A stretch of DNA of 64,000 bases from Vicinamibacterales bacterium (GTDB lineage Bacteria > Acidobacteriota > Vicinamibacteria > Vicinamibacterales > UBA2999): NCBI GenBank assembly GCA_035649395.1, contig DASRJR010000174.1:9353-73352 (forward strand), read 5' to 3'. The position numbers and the translations under genes were made by a program. Shown one piece after another: positions 1 to 14,459 of this stretch. A model generated the notes under the pieces. The model was given only the letters and a program-made list of their open reading frames with translations, searched no databases and had not been told where the DNA came from. How positions within the stretch are numbered: the stretch's first letter is position 1; each line of letters begins with the position of its first letter.

Positions 1-471
1 GAAGGCGCACCCAGCGAGGCAACGGCAGGCGACACTGGGCGCGAGGGCAGTTCAGAAGGTGGACGACGTCGACGACGGCGCCGGCGTGGCCGTCGTCCCC
101 AGCTCGGTACGCCACTCGAGGGTGCGACTCCCGCTCAGGGCATCGATCAGGCGGGGCCGCTGGCGATGGGTGAAGTCGACACCGAACCCGAGCTCGACGA
201 CGAAGACGATGAGATGCCGGGAGGGGAGCCGGGAGGGGAGGCCTTGCTCGATGGGCCCGCGTCGGAATCTGACGAACCGCCCGCGCCGACTCCACCCGAA
301 GTCGAACCAGACTACACGTTGGATCCCTTCGCAGCGACGCCTTCGGTGGACGCCGTTCACTCGCCCTCCACCACATCGGACCCACCGGCCGGCGCATCAA
401 GCGAGCAGCCGCAGGACGCAACCGGTTCGCCGCAGTCGACCGAGACGCCCGATTCCGGCACGAGCTCGTAG
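1..471 (+). CDS. 3' end of a gene starting upstream of the window; hypothetical protein with an Arg-rich then acidic/Pro-rich disordered tail
   Basis: Frame +1 is open from nt 1 to TAG at 469-471; the track shows it only from the internal Met at 166. The translation contains GGRRRRRRRRGRRP followed by an acidic/Pro/Ser low-complexity tail. No domain recognisable. Confidence 0.4.
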   Translation, partial: EGAPSEATAGDTGREGSSEGGRRRRRRRRGRRPQLGTPLEGATPAQGIDQAGPLAMGEVDTEPELDDEDDEMPGGEPGGEALLDGPASESDEPPAPTPPEVEPDYTLDPFAATPSVDAVHSPSTTSDPPAGASSEQPQDATGSPQSTETPDSGTSS

Positions 472-525
472 TGTCCGGGCTCCTGCCGCGCAGCTTTCGC
501 GGACGCGGTCAACCGGACTCACTCC

Positions 526-1842
526 ATGAAGATCGCGATCGTCGTCCAGCGGTACGGCGCTGACATCAACGGCGGTGCCGAGCTGCACGCGCGCTACATC
601 GCCGAGCACCTCGCGGCTCATGGCGACGTGCGTGTGCTCACGACGTGCGCGCGCGACTACATCACGTGGCGCAACGAGTGGCCGGCTGGTGAGGAGATCG
701 TGAACGGCATCGCGGTCGAACGGTTCCCGGTCGCACGCGAACGCGACCTGATCGACTTCAGGGAACGGTCGGCGATCGCGTTCAACCATCGGCACTCCGT
801 CGAGGACGAGCTCCGCTGGCTGGAAAGCCAGGGGCCGTACAGCCCCGCCCTGGTCGCCCGACTGCGTGAAGCCGCGAATGAATTCGATTTTCTCGTCCTG
901 TTCAGCATTCGATACGATCACTCGTACCGCGGCGCTCGCATCGCGCCGAACAAGGCGGTGCTCGTGCCGACCGCCGAACGCGAAGCCTCACTCGGCATGG
1001 CCGTGTTCCCGCCGGTGTTCCGCGGCGTACGCGCCATCATGTACAACTCCTTCGAAGAGCAGTCGCTCATTCACGCCGTTTCTGCAAACGAGCACGTGCC
1101 CGGAGCGGTGGTCGGCATTGGATCCGAGATTCCCGACACGGTTCATGCCGAGCGCGCGCGACACGCATTCGGCCTGCACAATCCCTTCCTGGTGTACGTG
1201 GGACGCATCGACACCAACAAGGGATGTGCGGATCTGTTTCGAGATTTTGTCGATTACGTGGACCGCAGCGGACGTGTCCTCGATCTGGTGCTGATTGGCA
1301 GCGCAGTACTGCCGATTCCTTCGCACCCGCGCATCCGCCATCTCGGCTTTCTCAACGACGCGGACAAGTTCGACGTGATCGGCGCGGCGGAACTGCTCGT
1401 GATGCCGTCGCCGTACGAAAGTCTTTCGATGGTGGCGCTCGAGGCGTGGGCGCTCGAAAAGCCGGTCCTGGCGTCAGGGCGATGCGACGTGCTCGTCGGT
1501 CAGTGTTTGCGCAGCAACGGCGGGCTGTATTACATGAACGCTGGCGAGTTCGGCGCGATTCTCGACCGTCTTCTGTCCGATCCGCACATGTCCGCTGCAT
1601 TGGGCCGCTGCGGTAAGGAGTACTACCAGCAGAATTACTCGTGGCCCGTGATCGAGGGCAAGTATCTGTCGATGTTCGAACGCTTGCGAAAGGAGCCGCC
1701 CACGCACGCGATGGAGACGTTGCCGGGCTGGTGGGCGCGTCGACGACGGAACGCACCACCTGCCGAGGCCGTCGTCGCAGGTCTGCCCGCTGGCCCGGCC
1801 GCCATGCCGCAAGCGGCACGGAAGCAGGCCGCTCTCACATAA
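526..1842 (+). CDS. glycosyltransferase, GT-B fold (family 4-like)
   Basis: 438-aa ORF. N-terminus MKIAIVVQRYGADINGGAELHARYIAEHL. C-terminal half has LVMPSPYESLSMVALEAWALEKPVL, typical of GT4 enzymes. Confidence 0.85.
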   Translation: MKIAIVVQRYGADINGGAELHARYIAEHLAAHGDVRVLTTCARDYITWRNEWPAGEEIVNGIAVERFPVARERDLIDFRERSAIAFNHRHSVEDELRWLESQGPYSPALVARLREAANEFDFLVLFSIRYDHSYRGARIAPNKAVLVPTAEREASLGMAVFPPVFRGVRAIMYNSFEEQSLIHAVSANEHVPGAVVGIGSEIPDTVHAERARHAFGLHNPFLVYVGRIDTNKGCADLFRDFVDYVDRSGRVLDLVLIGSAVLPIPSHPRIRHLGFLNDADKFDVIGAAELLVMPSPYESLSMVALEAWALEKPVLASGRCDVLVGQCLRSNGGLYYMNAGEFGAILDRLLSDPHMSAALGRCGKEYYQQNYSWPVIEGKYLSMFERLRKEPPTHAMETLPGWWARRRRNAPPAEAVVAGLPAGPAAMPQAARKQAALT

Positions 1843-1855
1843 TGGATAGGCTGCA

Positions 1856-3133
1856 ATGAAGTTCGCGTTCATCGCGCCGCGTTACGGCGCCGACGTCACA
1901 TCGGGACCCGATCACGCGTGCCGGCTGCTGGCCGAGCAGGTGTCCGCGCGTCACGACGTTGACGTGCTGACCACCTGCGCCCGCGAACCGGGAGCCTGGA
2001 AAAACGACTACGCGGAAGGAGCCGACCGGGTCCGCGGCGCGCTCGTCCGGCGTTTTGCCGTCGCTCAGGCGACCGACCGGTCGTCGCTGCATGCGCTGAG
2101 CCGTCGGCTCCAGGTGGAGCCGCCGTCGAGGACGGACGAGGTCGACTGGGTTCGACTGTACGGCCCCTCGTCTCCCGGGCTCATCGACCACCTCAAGCGG
2201 CAGCACCGTTCGTACGACGTTCTGGTCTTCTTCGGTCTCCAGCATTCGTTGACGGTGCTTGGTCTCGAAACGGCCCCCGAGCGCAGCGTGATCTTCCCGT
2301 ACTTGCGGTTGCGGCCGGAGCTGCGGTTCGGGCTCTGGAGTGACGTGCTGCAATCGGCGAAGGGAGTGGGCTACTTCTCCGAGGCAGAGCGGCGCCTGGT
2401 GCGCTCGTACGTCGGACTCACACCGTCGCACGACGAAGTGGTCTGCATCGGCGTCGACCCGCCGCCGATGCAGTCGTATCCGCGTCATCAGCAGGACCCG
2501 GCCGACGTGATCGTTGATGAAAGCGACGCCTCATCCGATAGCCCGCCGGTGGAGTCAGACGACTATCTCGCGCGGCGCGGGGTTCCATTCCGCCGGCGCC
2601 ATCGACTCTACGGCAGCTTCGTGCTCTACGGCGGCCGCGTTGAACCGGACAACGGCTGCGAAGAAATGCTGGAGTACTTCGATACCTACGCCGCTTCGGA
2701 CGAGGACGCGATGCTCGTTCTGATGGGCGTCAAGATGATGAAGGTGCCGGAGGAGCGCTACCTTCGAATGGCCGGCGTGCTCCCCGAGCGCGAGCGGATG
2801 ATCGCGTATGAGGCCGCAACCGTCACGATCGCGCCGGCGGCCGACGACCTCGTCGCGCAGCCGCTGCTGGAGAGCCTTGCCGTCGGGACGCCAGTCCTGG
2901 CGAACGGCGCGAATCCGGCCGCGGTCGAACACTGCCGCCGCTCGAACGCCGGCCTCTACTACACGAATCGAGACGAGTTTGTCGCGGCGCTCACCCAGCT
3001 GACGACGAACGCGCGGCTGCGCGAGCGGCTTGGCGAAAACGGTCGCGCATACATCCGCCAACACCATCGCTGGGACGGCGTCCTCGGCCGATTCGAACGG
3101 CTGATCGCACGCGCTCGCACGCGCGCCGCGTGA
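1856..3133 (+). CDS. glycosyltransferase, GT-B fold (family 4-like), tandem paralog of the previous gene
   Basis: 425-aa ORF starting 14 nt after the previous stop. Its N-terminus MKFAFIAPRYGADVTSGPDH parallels MKIAIVVQRYGADINGGAEL. C-terminal region: LLESLAVGTPVLANG. Confidence 0.8.
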   Translation: MKFAFIAPRYGADVTSGPDHACRLLAEQVSARHDVDVLTTCAREPGAWKNDYAEGADRVRGALVRRFAVAQATDRSSLHALSRRLQVEPPSRTDEVDWVRLYGPSSPGLIDHLKRQHRSYDVLVFFGLQHSLTVLGLETAPERSVIFPYLRLRPELRFGLWSDVLQSAKGVGYFSEAERRLVRSYVGLTPSHDEVVCIGVDPPPMQSYPRHQQDPADVIVDESDASSDSPPVESDDYLARRGVPFRRRHRLYGSFVLYGGRVEPDNGCEEMLEYFDTYAASDEDAMLVLMGVKMMKVPEERYLRMAGVLPERERMIAYEAATVTIAPAADDLVAQPLLESLAVGTPVLANGANPAAVEHCRRSNAGLYYTNRDEFVAALTQLTTNARLRERLGENGRAYIRQHHRWDGVLGRFERLIARARTRAA

Positions 3134-3134
3134 A

Positions 3135-3195
3135 GTCCGGCTAAGGCCGGACACGACGATTTCCGTGACGTCCGGCTGAAGCCGGACACGACGAT
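3135..3195. repeat. two tandem copies of a 26-nt hairpin-containing element (REP-like / bidirectional terminator)
   Basis: GTCCGGC-TAAG-GCCGGAC-ACGACGAT at 3135-3160 and GTCCGGC-TGAA-GCCGGAC-ACGACGAT at 3170-3195. Each has a 7-bp stem. They fill the gap between two convergent stop codons (3131-3133 and 3196-3198). Confidence 0.65.
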
Positions 3196-4659
<1,464 letters not shown>

Positions 4660-4661
4660 GA

Positions 4662-7631
4662 TCAAACCTGACTGGTCTCGCCTGACCGGAAGTGCTGTAC
4701 CGCCAAGGCCGGACGATCGTCCGCGACGGCAGGGAACGATAGGATGAACCGAGTGCCCTTCCCAACCACGCTGTCGCAATCGACGACGCCGCCGTGCTCT
4801 CGCACGATGCCATACGTGATCGACAGTCCGAGGCCCGTGCCCTGACCGATCGCCTTTGTCGTGAAGAACGGATCGTAGATGCGGGCCAGATACTCGTTGG
4901 GGATGCCTGAACCTGTGTCTGCAACCTCCGCGATGGCGCGACTGCCTTGCGCCCGAGTGGCGACGGAGAGCCAGCCGCCTTTCGGCATCGCATCGCGGGC
5001 ATTGAGGAACAGGTTGAGGAATACCTGCTGTAATTTGTGTTCCTGAGCGAGGACCACGACCGGCGTCTCGCTCAAGTCGCGCCGTACGCGCACGCGCTGC
5101 GTCTCGAACTGGTGTTCGAGCAGCGCCAGCACATCGACAATGACGAGGTTCACGTCGACGATCGACCGCTCGGAGGAGGTCGGCCGTGAAAGCGTCAGGA
5201 GGCCGTTGACAATCTTCGCGGCCCGGAACGTCTGCCGTTCGATCTTCTCCAGCAACTGCGTCCGAGGATCCTTGGGATCGGCACCCTCGAGCAGCATCTG
5301 CGTGAAGCTGGAGATGCCGGTCAACGGCGTGTTGACCTCGTGAGCCACGCCCGCGGCAAGCAGACCGATCGACGCCATCTTCTCGGAGATCCGCAGATGT
5401 TCTTCCAGCTGCATCCGTGCGGTCACGTCTTCGATGATCACAATCGTGCCTGCAGTCGTGACGTCCTCCCCCTGCGGGCGACGCAGCGGCATGACGGCGA
5501 CGTTGGCGATCAGCGCAATGCCGGGGCGGGATCCGCGCGGAGACAGCGGAACGCGCGACAGCGTGGCTCCATCGGGTGTGTCTCGCCTGGCCGCGCGAAC
5601 CGCCTCGACGAACGGCGCATCGAAGAGGTCATCGAACAGACGCCCGGCGGCCTCCGCATGCGGGATGCCGTAGAGCTGTTCCAGTGTGTGGTTCCACCGC
5701 ACGACGCGTTCGTCACGGTCGATCACCAGCAGCCCATCGTCGAGTGATTCGAGGATGTTCTCGTTGAAGGCGCGCATCCGATCGAGCTCGACGGCCTTCA
5801 CGTGCAGCTGGCGATAGAGCCGCGCATTCTCGAGGGCGGTCGCCATCTGCCCGGCAACGGCGGCAAGCAGGGCCATGTCCTCGCTGCTCAACGGGTCCCC
5901 GGAATTCTTCCGTCCGAGCGCGAGCACGGCGATCGTGCCCTCTTTCGCCACGCAGGGCACGAAGTAGTACAGCCCGGCATCGCGCCAGAACTCGATCTCC
6001 TCGGCCGCAAACCGGCCGACCGCCGTCGGGTCGTCGAGCGTGACGTTGTGGCCTTCCACCAGTCGGGCGCCGATCGCTGAGCGCTTCGGCAGTCCGGGCG
6101 GGTGGCTGCTGCCGAATCCCAGCGCCCACATCGAGCCGAAGTGCGGCGCCGCTTCGTCCTCGAGCAGGAGCGCCATTCGATCAACCAACAGCGTCTCGAC
6201 GACTCTCGACACCAGCCGCTCGGCCAGGCGATTCAGATCGAGATCGCTGTTCAAGTCGCGCGCAAACCCCAGCAAGGCACGCCGGTAGTCGTAGCGGTCA
6301 CGATAGAACGCGCGGTCGACCAGGTTCTGAACAAACGTCTTCAGGGGCGGCGTCAGCAGGACAGCCACCAGCGTGGCGAGAAATGCCAGCACCCAATCGT
6401 TCGCCGCGCTTCCCTTCAGCACGACGCGCTGCACGGCCTCGAGCAGAATCGCGTAGATCGCGACCATCGCCGCGAGCGCCGCGGCATATACCAGCGCGCG
6501 TTTGACGATGACCTCGATGTCGAGCAGGCGGTATCGCACGATCGCCGACGCATACGTCAGCGGGATCAGACTCAGCGGAATCGCCGACAATTCCATCGGC
6601 AGCGACGGCTCGACACCCAGCACGTACGGGAGCGCGTAACCGAGGGCGAACGTGCCGGCGCCAAGCGCCGTGCCCCACGCGATCCAGCGGAGCTGGCGAC
6701 GAGCGGTGATCGTGCGCACGTGCGACAGCGCACGAATCAACGTCACGAAACCGCTGATCAGGCAGGCCGCCAGATAGAGCAGCTCGAGCCGATCCAGCAG
6801 CGACACGATCGAGACGAACAGCCGCGGATCATTGGCGCTCTGCGCGACGGCCATGATGCGCGTCAGGCCCATCGCCACAGCGGGCAGATAGAACGCAACA
6901 ATGACCGAGCGTCCGAGCACTCCCTCCATCCATCGACGCGGGCGCTCGGGGAAGACCAGCGTGAAATGCAGGAAGAGCGGCGGGAGTGCAAGGATCGAGA
7001 CGGCGTCGGACCAGTAGAACACCCAATCGAGCCGATCGAGACGGCCGCTGAACGAGAAGGTGATGACACCGAAGAACGCGACCGCCACCCAGAAGAAGTG
7101 CAGGGTTGCCGGATCGCGTGGCCGACGCAGACGAACCGCACCGCCGACGAGCAGTGTGAAGATGCCCACCGCGGCGAGCACGAAGTACAGTGCACCGGGT
7201 CCGTTCGGCAACGGCGCGACACGCACATCGACGACCTCGCGCGTGCCAAGCCTGAGCATCGTGTAACGAAGCATCTGATCTCGACGGGCCGAATGCAGGA
7301 ACGCCAGGACATCAGACGCGCTTTGAACGGGCCGATCGTCGATCGCGATCAGCACGTCACCCGGTTTGAGACCGGTCGTTGCCGCGGGGCCGCCGGGCGC
7401 GATATCGGCGACAACGACGCCGGCGTCGCTCTCGCTCCACAGCACTCCGTCTTCGAACTCGTGCCACGTCGCACGCGTAGCGACGTTGGCCGCGCCGAGG
7501 CAGAGCAGGACCGCCACAACGACCAGCGGCACCGCTGGTCTCGTCCACCGGCCCCACATGGCCGGGATTCGCGCACCAATCCAATGACTAGAACGTCTCA
7601 TCCAATGAAATGGAGTGCAAAACAGCGTCAA
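4662..7631 (-). CDS. sensor histidine kinase: TM - periplasmic PDZ - polytopic membrane region - GAF - PAS - HisKA - HATPase
   Basis: PDZ-like segment VVVADIAPGGPAATTGLKPGDVLIAIDDRPVQSASDVLAFL lies between two hydrophobic helices. Multiple TM helices follow. GAF-like region (LALGRKNSGDPLSSEDMALLAAVAGQMATALENARLY). PAS (ILESLDDGLLVIDRDERVVRWN). H-box GVAHEVNTPL. N/G boxes FLNARDAM, DTGSGIP, GTGLGLSI. The start could be a later Met (7601 or 7559). Confidence 0.9.
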   Translation of the reverse strand: MTLFCTPFHWMRRSSHWIGARIPAMWGRWTRPAVPLVVVAVLLCLGAANVATRATWHEFEDGVLWSESDAGVVVADIAPGGPAATTGLKPGDVLIAIDDRPVQSASDVLAFLHSARRDQMLRYTMLRLGTREVVDVRVAPLPNGPGALYFVLAAVGIFTLLVGGAVRLRRPRDPATLHFFWVAVAFFGVITFSFSGRLDRLDWVFYWSDAVSILALPPLFLHFTLVFPERPRRWMEGVLGRSVIVAFYLPAVAMGLTRIMAVAQSANDPRLFVSIVSLLDRLELLYLAACLISGFVTLIRALSHVRTITARRQLRWIAWGTALGAGTFALGYALPYVLGVEPSLPMELSAIPLSLIPLTYASAIVRYRLLDIEVIVKRALVYAAALAAMVAIYAILLEAVQRVVLKGSAANDWVLAFLATLVAVLLTPPLKTFVQNLVDRAFYRDRYDYRRALLGFARDLNSDLDLNRLAERLVSRVVETLLVDRMALLLEDEAAPHFGSMWALGFGSSHPPGLPKRSAIGARLVEGHNVTLDDPTAVGRFAAEEIEFWRDAGLYYFVPCVAKEGTIAVLALGRKNSGDPLSSEDMALLAAVAGQMATALENARLYRQLHVKAVELDRMRAFNENILESLDDGLLVIDRDERVVRWNHTLEQLYGIPHAEAAGRLFDDLFDAPFVEAVRAARRDTPDGATLSRVPLSPRGSRPGIALIANVAVMPLRRPQGEDVTTAGTIVIIEDVTARMQLEEHLRISEKMASIGLLAAGVAHEVNTPLTGISSFTQMLLEGADPKDPRTQLLEKIERQTFRAAKIVNGLLTLSRPTSSERSIVDVNLVIVDVLALLEHQFETQRVRVRRDLSETPVVVLAQEHKLQQVFLNLFLNARDAMPKGGWLSVATRAQGSRAIAEVADTGSGIPNEYLARIYDPFFTTKAIGQGTGLGLSITYGIVREHGGVVDCDSVVGKGTRFILSFPAVADDRPALAVQHFRSGETSQV

Positions 7632-7694
7632 AAAATGGGGAGCATCGCTCCCCGTGTTCTCCTCTTCCGCACGGCCCGCTCTCGCGAGCGGACG

Positions 7695-9572
7695 TCAGAA
7701 CTTGACCGTCACACCTCCGAGCACACGCTTCGGCGGCCGAACGACCAACGCTTCGTCGTAGATCGTCGTTTCACCCAACTCTTCTTTGAACAGGTTGCTG
7801 ACCGCTACGAGCATCTCCCACTGCGCGTTCGTGAAATCGAGGAACGGCAGCGCCTGATTGACCTGGACGTCGAAGCGCGTTCGCGCCGTCGCCAGGGCCG
7901 GGATCGCATCCGCCGCCGCAAGCGCGGCGTTCAACTTGTAAATCACGAAGACGCGCGTCGACGTCGGCGCGACGACACTCTCCACGGATGCCGTCAGATC
8001 GTGCACGCGATCTTCGGTCCGCAGAACGGACCGCTCCAGCGCGGCCAACGCGTCGAAGTCGGGTGAGCGGCGATCCCACACGGCATCGGCTTGTGCGTAA
8101 TCAACAGTCGCCCGCAGGCGATCACTGACCGAACGGCTGACGGTGACGCCCCATCCGCGCGCGCCGTACGCGCCCGCCGATCCGACCTCGTAATGTCCGA
8201 TGCCCGACGCCGACGGGATGTCCGCAAGGCCCACACCGAACACCGTGACCAGCTGATTCTCGACGCGCTGATCGAATACGCGAACACCGACGACCACGTC
8301 GCCGGGCCAGGTGCGTTCGACGCCGACTTCAACCTGATCGTGGCGTTCGGGGTGGAACATGCCGTGCGCAACCGGCGCGAATGTCCGCTCGGGAGGCAGC
8401 CACAGACCGATGCTGGACGGCAGGAACTCTTCGGCGCCCGGCGCGACCTGCCGTCTCGACATCGACGCACGCAGCGTCAGGCTGTCACGCCGCAGCGGCT
8501 GCACGGCGATGCTGGCACGCGGGCTCCAGAGCCCAGGATCGCTCAGGTAGTCGTACCGCGAGTACTTCGCCCCGTAGCTCACACGAAGCGGACGTGCGAT
8601 CTGCCAGCTGTCGAACGCATACATCGAACCGACGACCCGGCTGCCGTCGCGTATCGCCGCCAGGGCGTCGCCGTTGCCGCCGAGATACCGCTGCATGCCG
8701 TACGACACGCCGGCTTCGTAGGCGTGGACGGACGGCGTGTGCCGCGTGTAGGACCCGGCCAGAATCCACGAGGCCAGATCGCCCTGCGTCACGGTGCCAC
8801 GCATCGTCCAGTCGCCCTGCGCACCCGGCGCCTCGAGCGACACGAACGCGACGCTCTTCGGCAGATCCACGTTCATCGAGAACAGATCCTGCGGTCGATC
8901 GAACGAGGTGGTCGTCAGCAGGTGAAACTGGCCGCTCATCGACAGATCGTCGAACAACGACGACGCCAACCGCGCAGAGGAGCCGACGGCGTGACTCAAA
9001 CCGCCGATCGGACCGCCGAAGAACGATTCATGCTGTCCAAGGTCCGCGATCGCCTGGTCGGCGTCCTTGAGCACGCTTCGTCTGGCGTGGCGCAGCCGCC
9101 ACGCGACCTCGTCATGGGCGTGATCGCCGTCGGAGCGCTCGACGGGTTCAACCGGTGCCACTCCGGCGGCAACCACCGGGGGAGTCGACGACGCCTCGGC
9201 GCGGCGCGTCAGCTCGATCGTCGACGTATTGCGACCATCGGGCGTCACCTGAACGATGCGCCCGCGCGAGGGGACGTATTCCTGAAGATGGGCGCGAACG
9301 AGATAGGGTCCGGCGGGGAGATCGCGGAAGGTAAACCGTCCGTCGCGATCGGAAACCGCGAAGGCCGAGGTCGACCCGAGCGCTGAGACGATCGCGCCCG
9401 CGAGCGGCTGGCCGCCATCGTCCTGAACGAGACCGCGAAAATCGCACAGCCGCGCCGCGGCCACATGGGTGACCGCGGACACGGGCGGCACGGCCGCCCG
9501 CTGTGCGAATGCGGGCGAGACCGTCGCGCACACCACGACTCCGACACCACACGAGAGGAGGACTCGGATCAT
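7695..9572 (-). CDS. outer-membrane beta-barrel protein with N-terminal carboxypeptidase-regulatory-like domain
   Basis: Signal peptide (CATVSPAFAQ). CarboxypepD_reg-like motif GLVQDDGGQPLAGAIVSALGSTSAFAVSDRDGRFTFRDLPAGPYLVRA. Long beta-rich remainder ending in a terminal aromatic residue (GGVTVKF). Confidence 0.65.
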   Translation of the reverse strand: MIRVLLSCGVGVVVCATVSPAFAQRAAVPPVSAVTHVAAARLCDFRGLVQDDGGQPLAGAIVSALGSTSAFAVSDRDGRFTFRDLPAGPYLVRAHLQEYVPSRGRIVQVTPDGRNTSTIELTRRAEASSTPPVVAAGVAPVEPVERSDGDHAHDEVAWRLRHARRSVLKDADQAIADLGQHESFFGGPIGGLSHAVGSSARLASSLFDDLSMSGQFHLLTTTSFDRPQDLFSMNVDLPKSVAFVSLEAPGAQGDWTMRGTVTQGDLASWILAGSYTRHTPSVHAYEAGVSYGMQRYLGGNGDALAAIRDGSRVVGSMYAFDSWQIARPLRVSYGAKYSRYDYLSDPGLWSPRASIAVQPLRRDSLTLRASMSRRQVAPGAEEFLPSSIGLWLPPERTFAPVAHGMFHPERHDQVEVGVERTWPGDVVVGVRVFDQRVENQLVTVFGVGLADIPSASGIGHYEVGSAGAYGARGWGVTVSRSVSDRLRATVDYAQADAVWDRRSPDFDALAALERSVLRTEDRVHDLTASVESVVAPTSTRVFVIYKLNAALAAADAIPALATARTRFDVQVNQALPFLDFTNAQWEMLVAVSNLFKEELGETTIYDEALVVRPPKRVLGGVTVKF

Positions 9573-9615
9573 CGTCGTGCTCGTTTCATGCGCGCGCGCC
9601 CCGCCCGCGCCCGCG

Positions 9616-10812
9616 CTATGCCGACACGCTGAAGTTCGCGTTCTGCTTCACCGACTTTCCGGATGCCTTGTCGGTGATCGTGATCTCCAGACGATAGTCA
9701 CCCGGAGGAAAACTCGCCAACGGTACGACCAGGCTGCCAGGCAGCTGGTGACCGGCCGCCACGTTGAACTCCGGTGGCAATGTCTGCGCGTTCAACTGCT
9801 GCGGCGCCGTCTTGTTGAAGTACTTCTCGCCTTCAGGCAATCGCTGGTGGAAGTTGAAGTCGATCGTCACGTCCGGCTTACCCGATCCAGCCGCCTGCGC
9901 ACCGTAGATCCAGAAGATGACGCTCAACTCGTCCTTCTTCGAGAACTTCCCGTCAACAGACGGCGTGATCTTCATCGGGCCGAATGTGTACGGATTGGAT
10001 TCCTGATCGACGGCAGGTGCGGTGACCTGCTCGACCGCGCGCGCGACGATGATGCTGCTCGTGTTGAGCTCGTTCGCCGTGTAATCGGGCACCGTCAAAT
10101 CGTGACGCAGGATGCCCACGTTACCGGGCGCGGCTGCCGGCTGATTCTTGTCATTGCTCTTGCGATCGTTCTTGCCGCCGGACGCCGGCGTCTTCTCCTT
10201 CACGGCGAGGAACATCGCGTACTGGCCGGGCCTCAATTGGACGGCGCGTGAGACTCGACCGTCTTCCGGCACGTCGACGAAGTTGATGCTGTCCCACGCG
10301 AACGTCGGCCGGTTCGCCGTCTGCTTGTCGCCCTTGGCTGCTGCCGCCGCCATCTTCGCCATCGTCTGGGCGAATGCATCGGCCTGCTCGGCCGTGACGA
10401 TTCGGATGTAGACCGCTGCGCCGCCGGCCACCTTCGCGCGGTCGACGTTGACCGTGAACGGCACGTAGGTATCGGTCTGCCCCTTGACGAAGTGATTCAG
10501 TTCCCATTTGATTTGGATGTCTCCCTGGGGACGATCGGGACTCCCCAGTGAGATCGGTTTGGGCGTCGGCACAGCCGGTGGAGCCGCTGGCGCCTGAGCT
10601 CCGGCTGGCGGAGCGGTCGGCAGCGTGATCCCGGTATCCGCCATCAAGGCGGTGTCCACGGCCTGAACGAGCGCCTGTACATCCTGTTGTTCTTGGGGAC
10701 TGCGCGCAGTCTGCTGTTTTTGTTTGTCGTTATTGCGCTGAGCGAGCACCGGCCCCGTCGCGCTGACGAGCACCAGGGTGAAACAGACGGCAAGAACCCG
10801 GCGAACGTACAT
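9616..10812 (-). CDS. secreted hypothetical protein
   Basis: 398-aa ORF with signal peptide MYVRRVLAVCFTLVLVSATGPVLAQ and a Pro/Ala-rich linker. Ends 43 nt upstream of the barrel gene on the same strand. No family recognised. Confidence 0.6.
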   Translation of the reverse strand: MYVRRVLAVCFTLVLVSATGPVLAQRNNDKQKQQTARSPQEQQDVQALVQAVDTALMADTGITLPTAPPAGAQAPAAPPAVPTPKPISLGSPDRPQGDIQIKWELNHFVKGQTDTYVPFTVNVDRAKVAGGAAVYIRIVTAEQADAFAQTMAKMAAAAAKGDKQTANRPTFAWDSINFVDVPEDGRVSRAVQLRPGQYAMFLAVKEKTPASGGKNDRKSNDKNQPAAAPGNVGILRHDLTVPDYTANELNTSSIIVARAVEQVTAPAVDQESNPYTFGPMKITPSVDGKFSKKDELSVIFWIYGAQAAGSGKPDVTIDFNFHQRLPEGEKYFNKTAPQQLNAQTLPPEFNVAAGHQLPGSLVVPLASFPPGDYRLEITITDKASGKSVKQNANFSVSA

Positions 10813-10994
10813 GAATGCCTCTCTTCCTCATCCACAGGTGTCCGTGGAGGGAGTATCCAAGAATCCGAATCGCCTGATCATAGGCACCGTTGCCGGTCAA
10901 GTCAAACCAGTCAATACCCGGAAAACATGGGTATTTCCCTGCGGGTGGGTGGTCTGACCGACCGGTGAGCGCGTGTTAGAATTGCCACCCCTTC

Positions 10995-14370
<3,376 letters not shown>

Positions 14371-14393
14371 CGGTCATGGCCTGAAAACGAAAA

Positions 14394-14411
14394 GGGCCGC
14401 CACGGCGGCCC
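14394..14411. terminator. GC-rich hairpin between convergent genes
   Basis: GGGCCGCC-AC-GGCGGCCC sits 24 nt after the gpmA stop and 49 nt beyond the stop of the minus-strand ORF at 14460. Confidence 0.55.
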
Positions 14412-14459
14412 TCAGACGTTGACGCAATCTTTGACGAGTCGATCGCGACTCGCGCTGGT

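Noticed and set aside
6102-8066. 654-aa plus-strand ORF, together with similar long ORFs such as 33856-36294(-), 21103-22794(-), 12215-13624(-), 47896-49104(-), 43852-45423(+), 41818-43083(-), 17537-18628(-), 25508-26743(+), 48252-49922(+) and 30122-31414(-)
   Set aside because: Each lies antisense to, or out of frame with, a gene that has clear family motifs. Their products are Arg/Ala/Gly/Pro-rich with no motifs. This is the usual stop-codon-poor shadow effect in GC-rich DNA.
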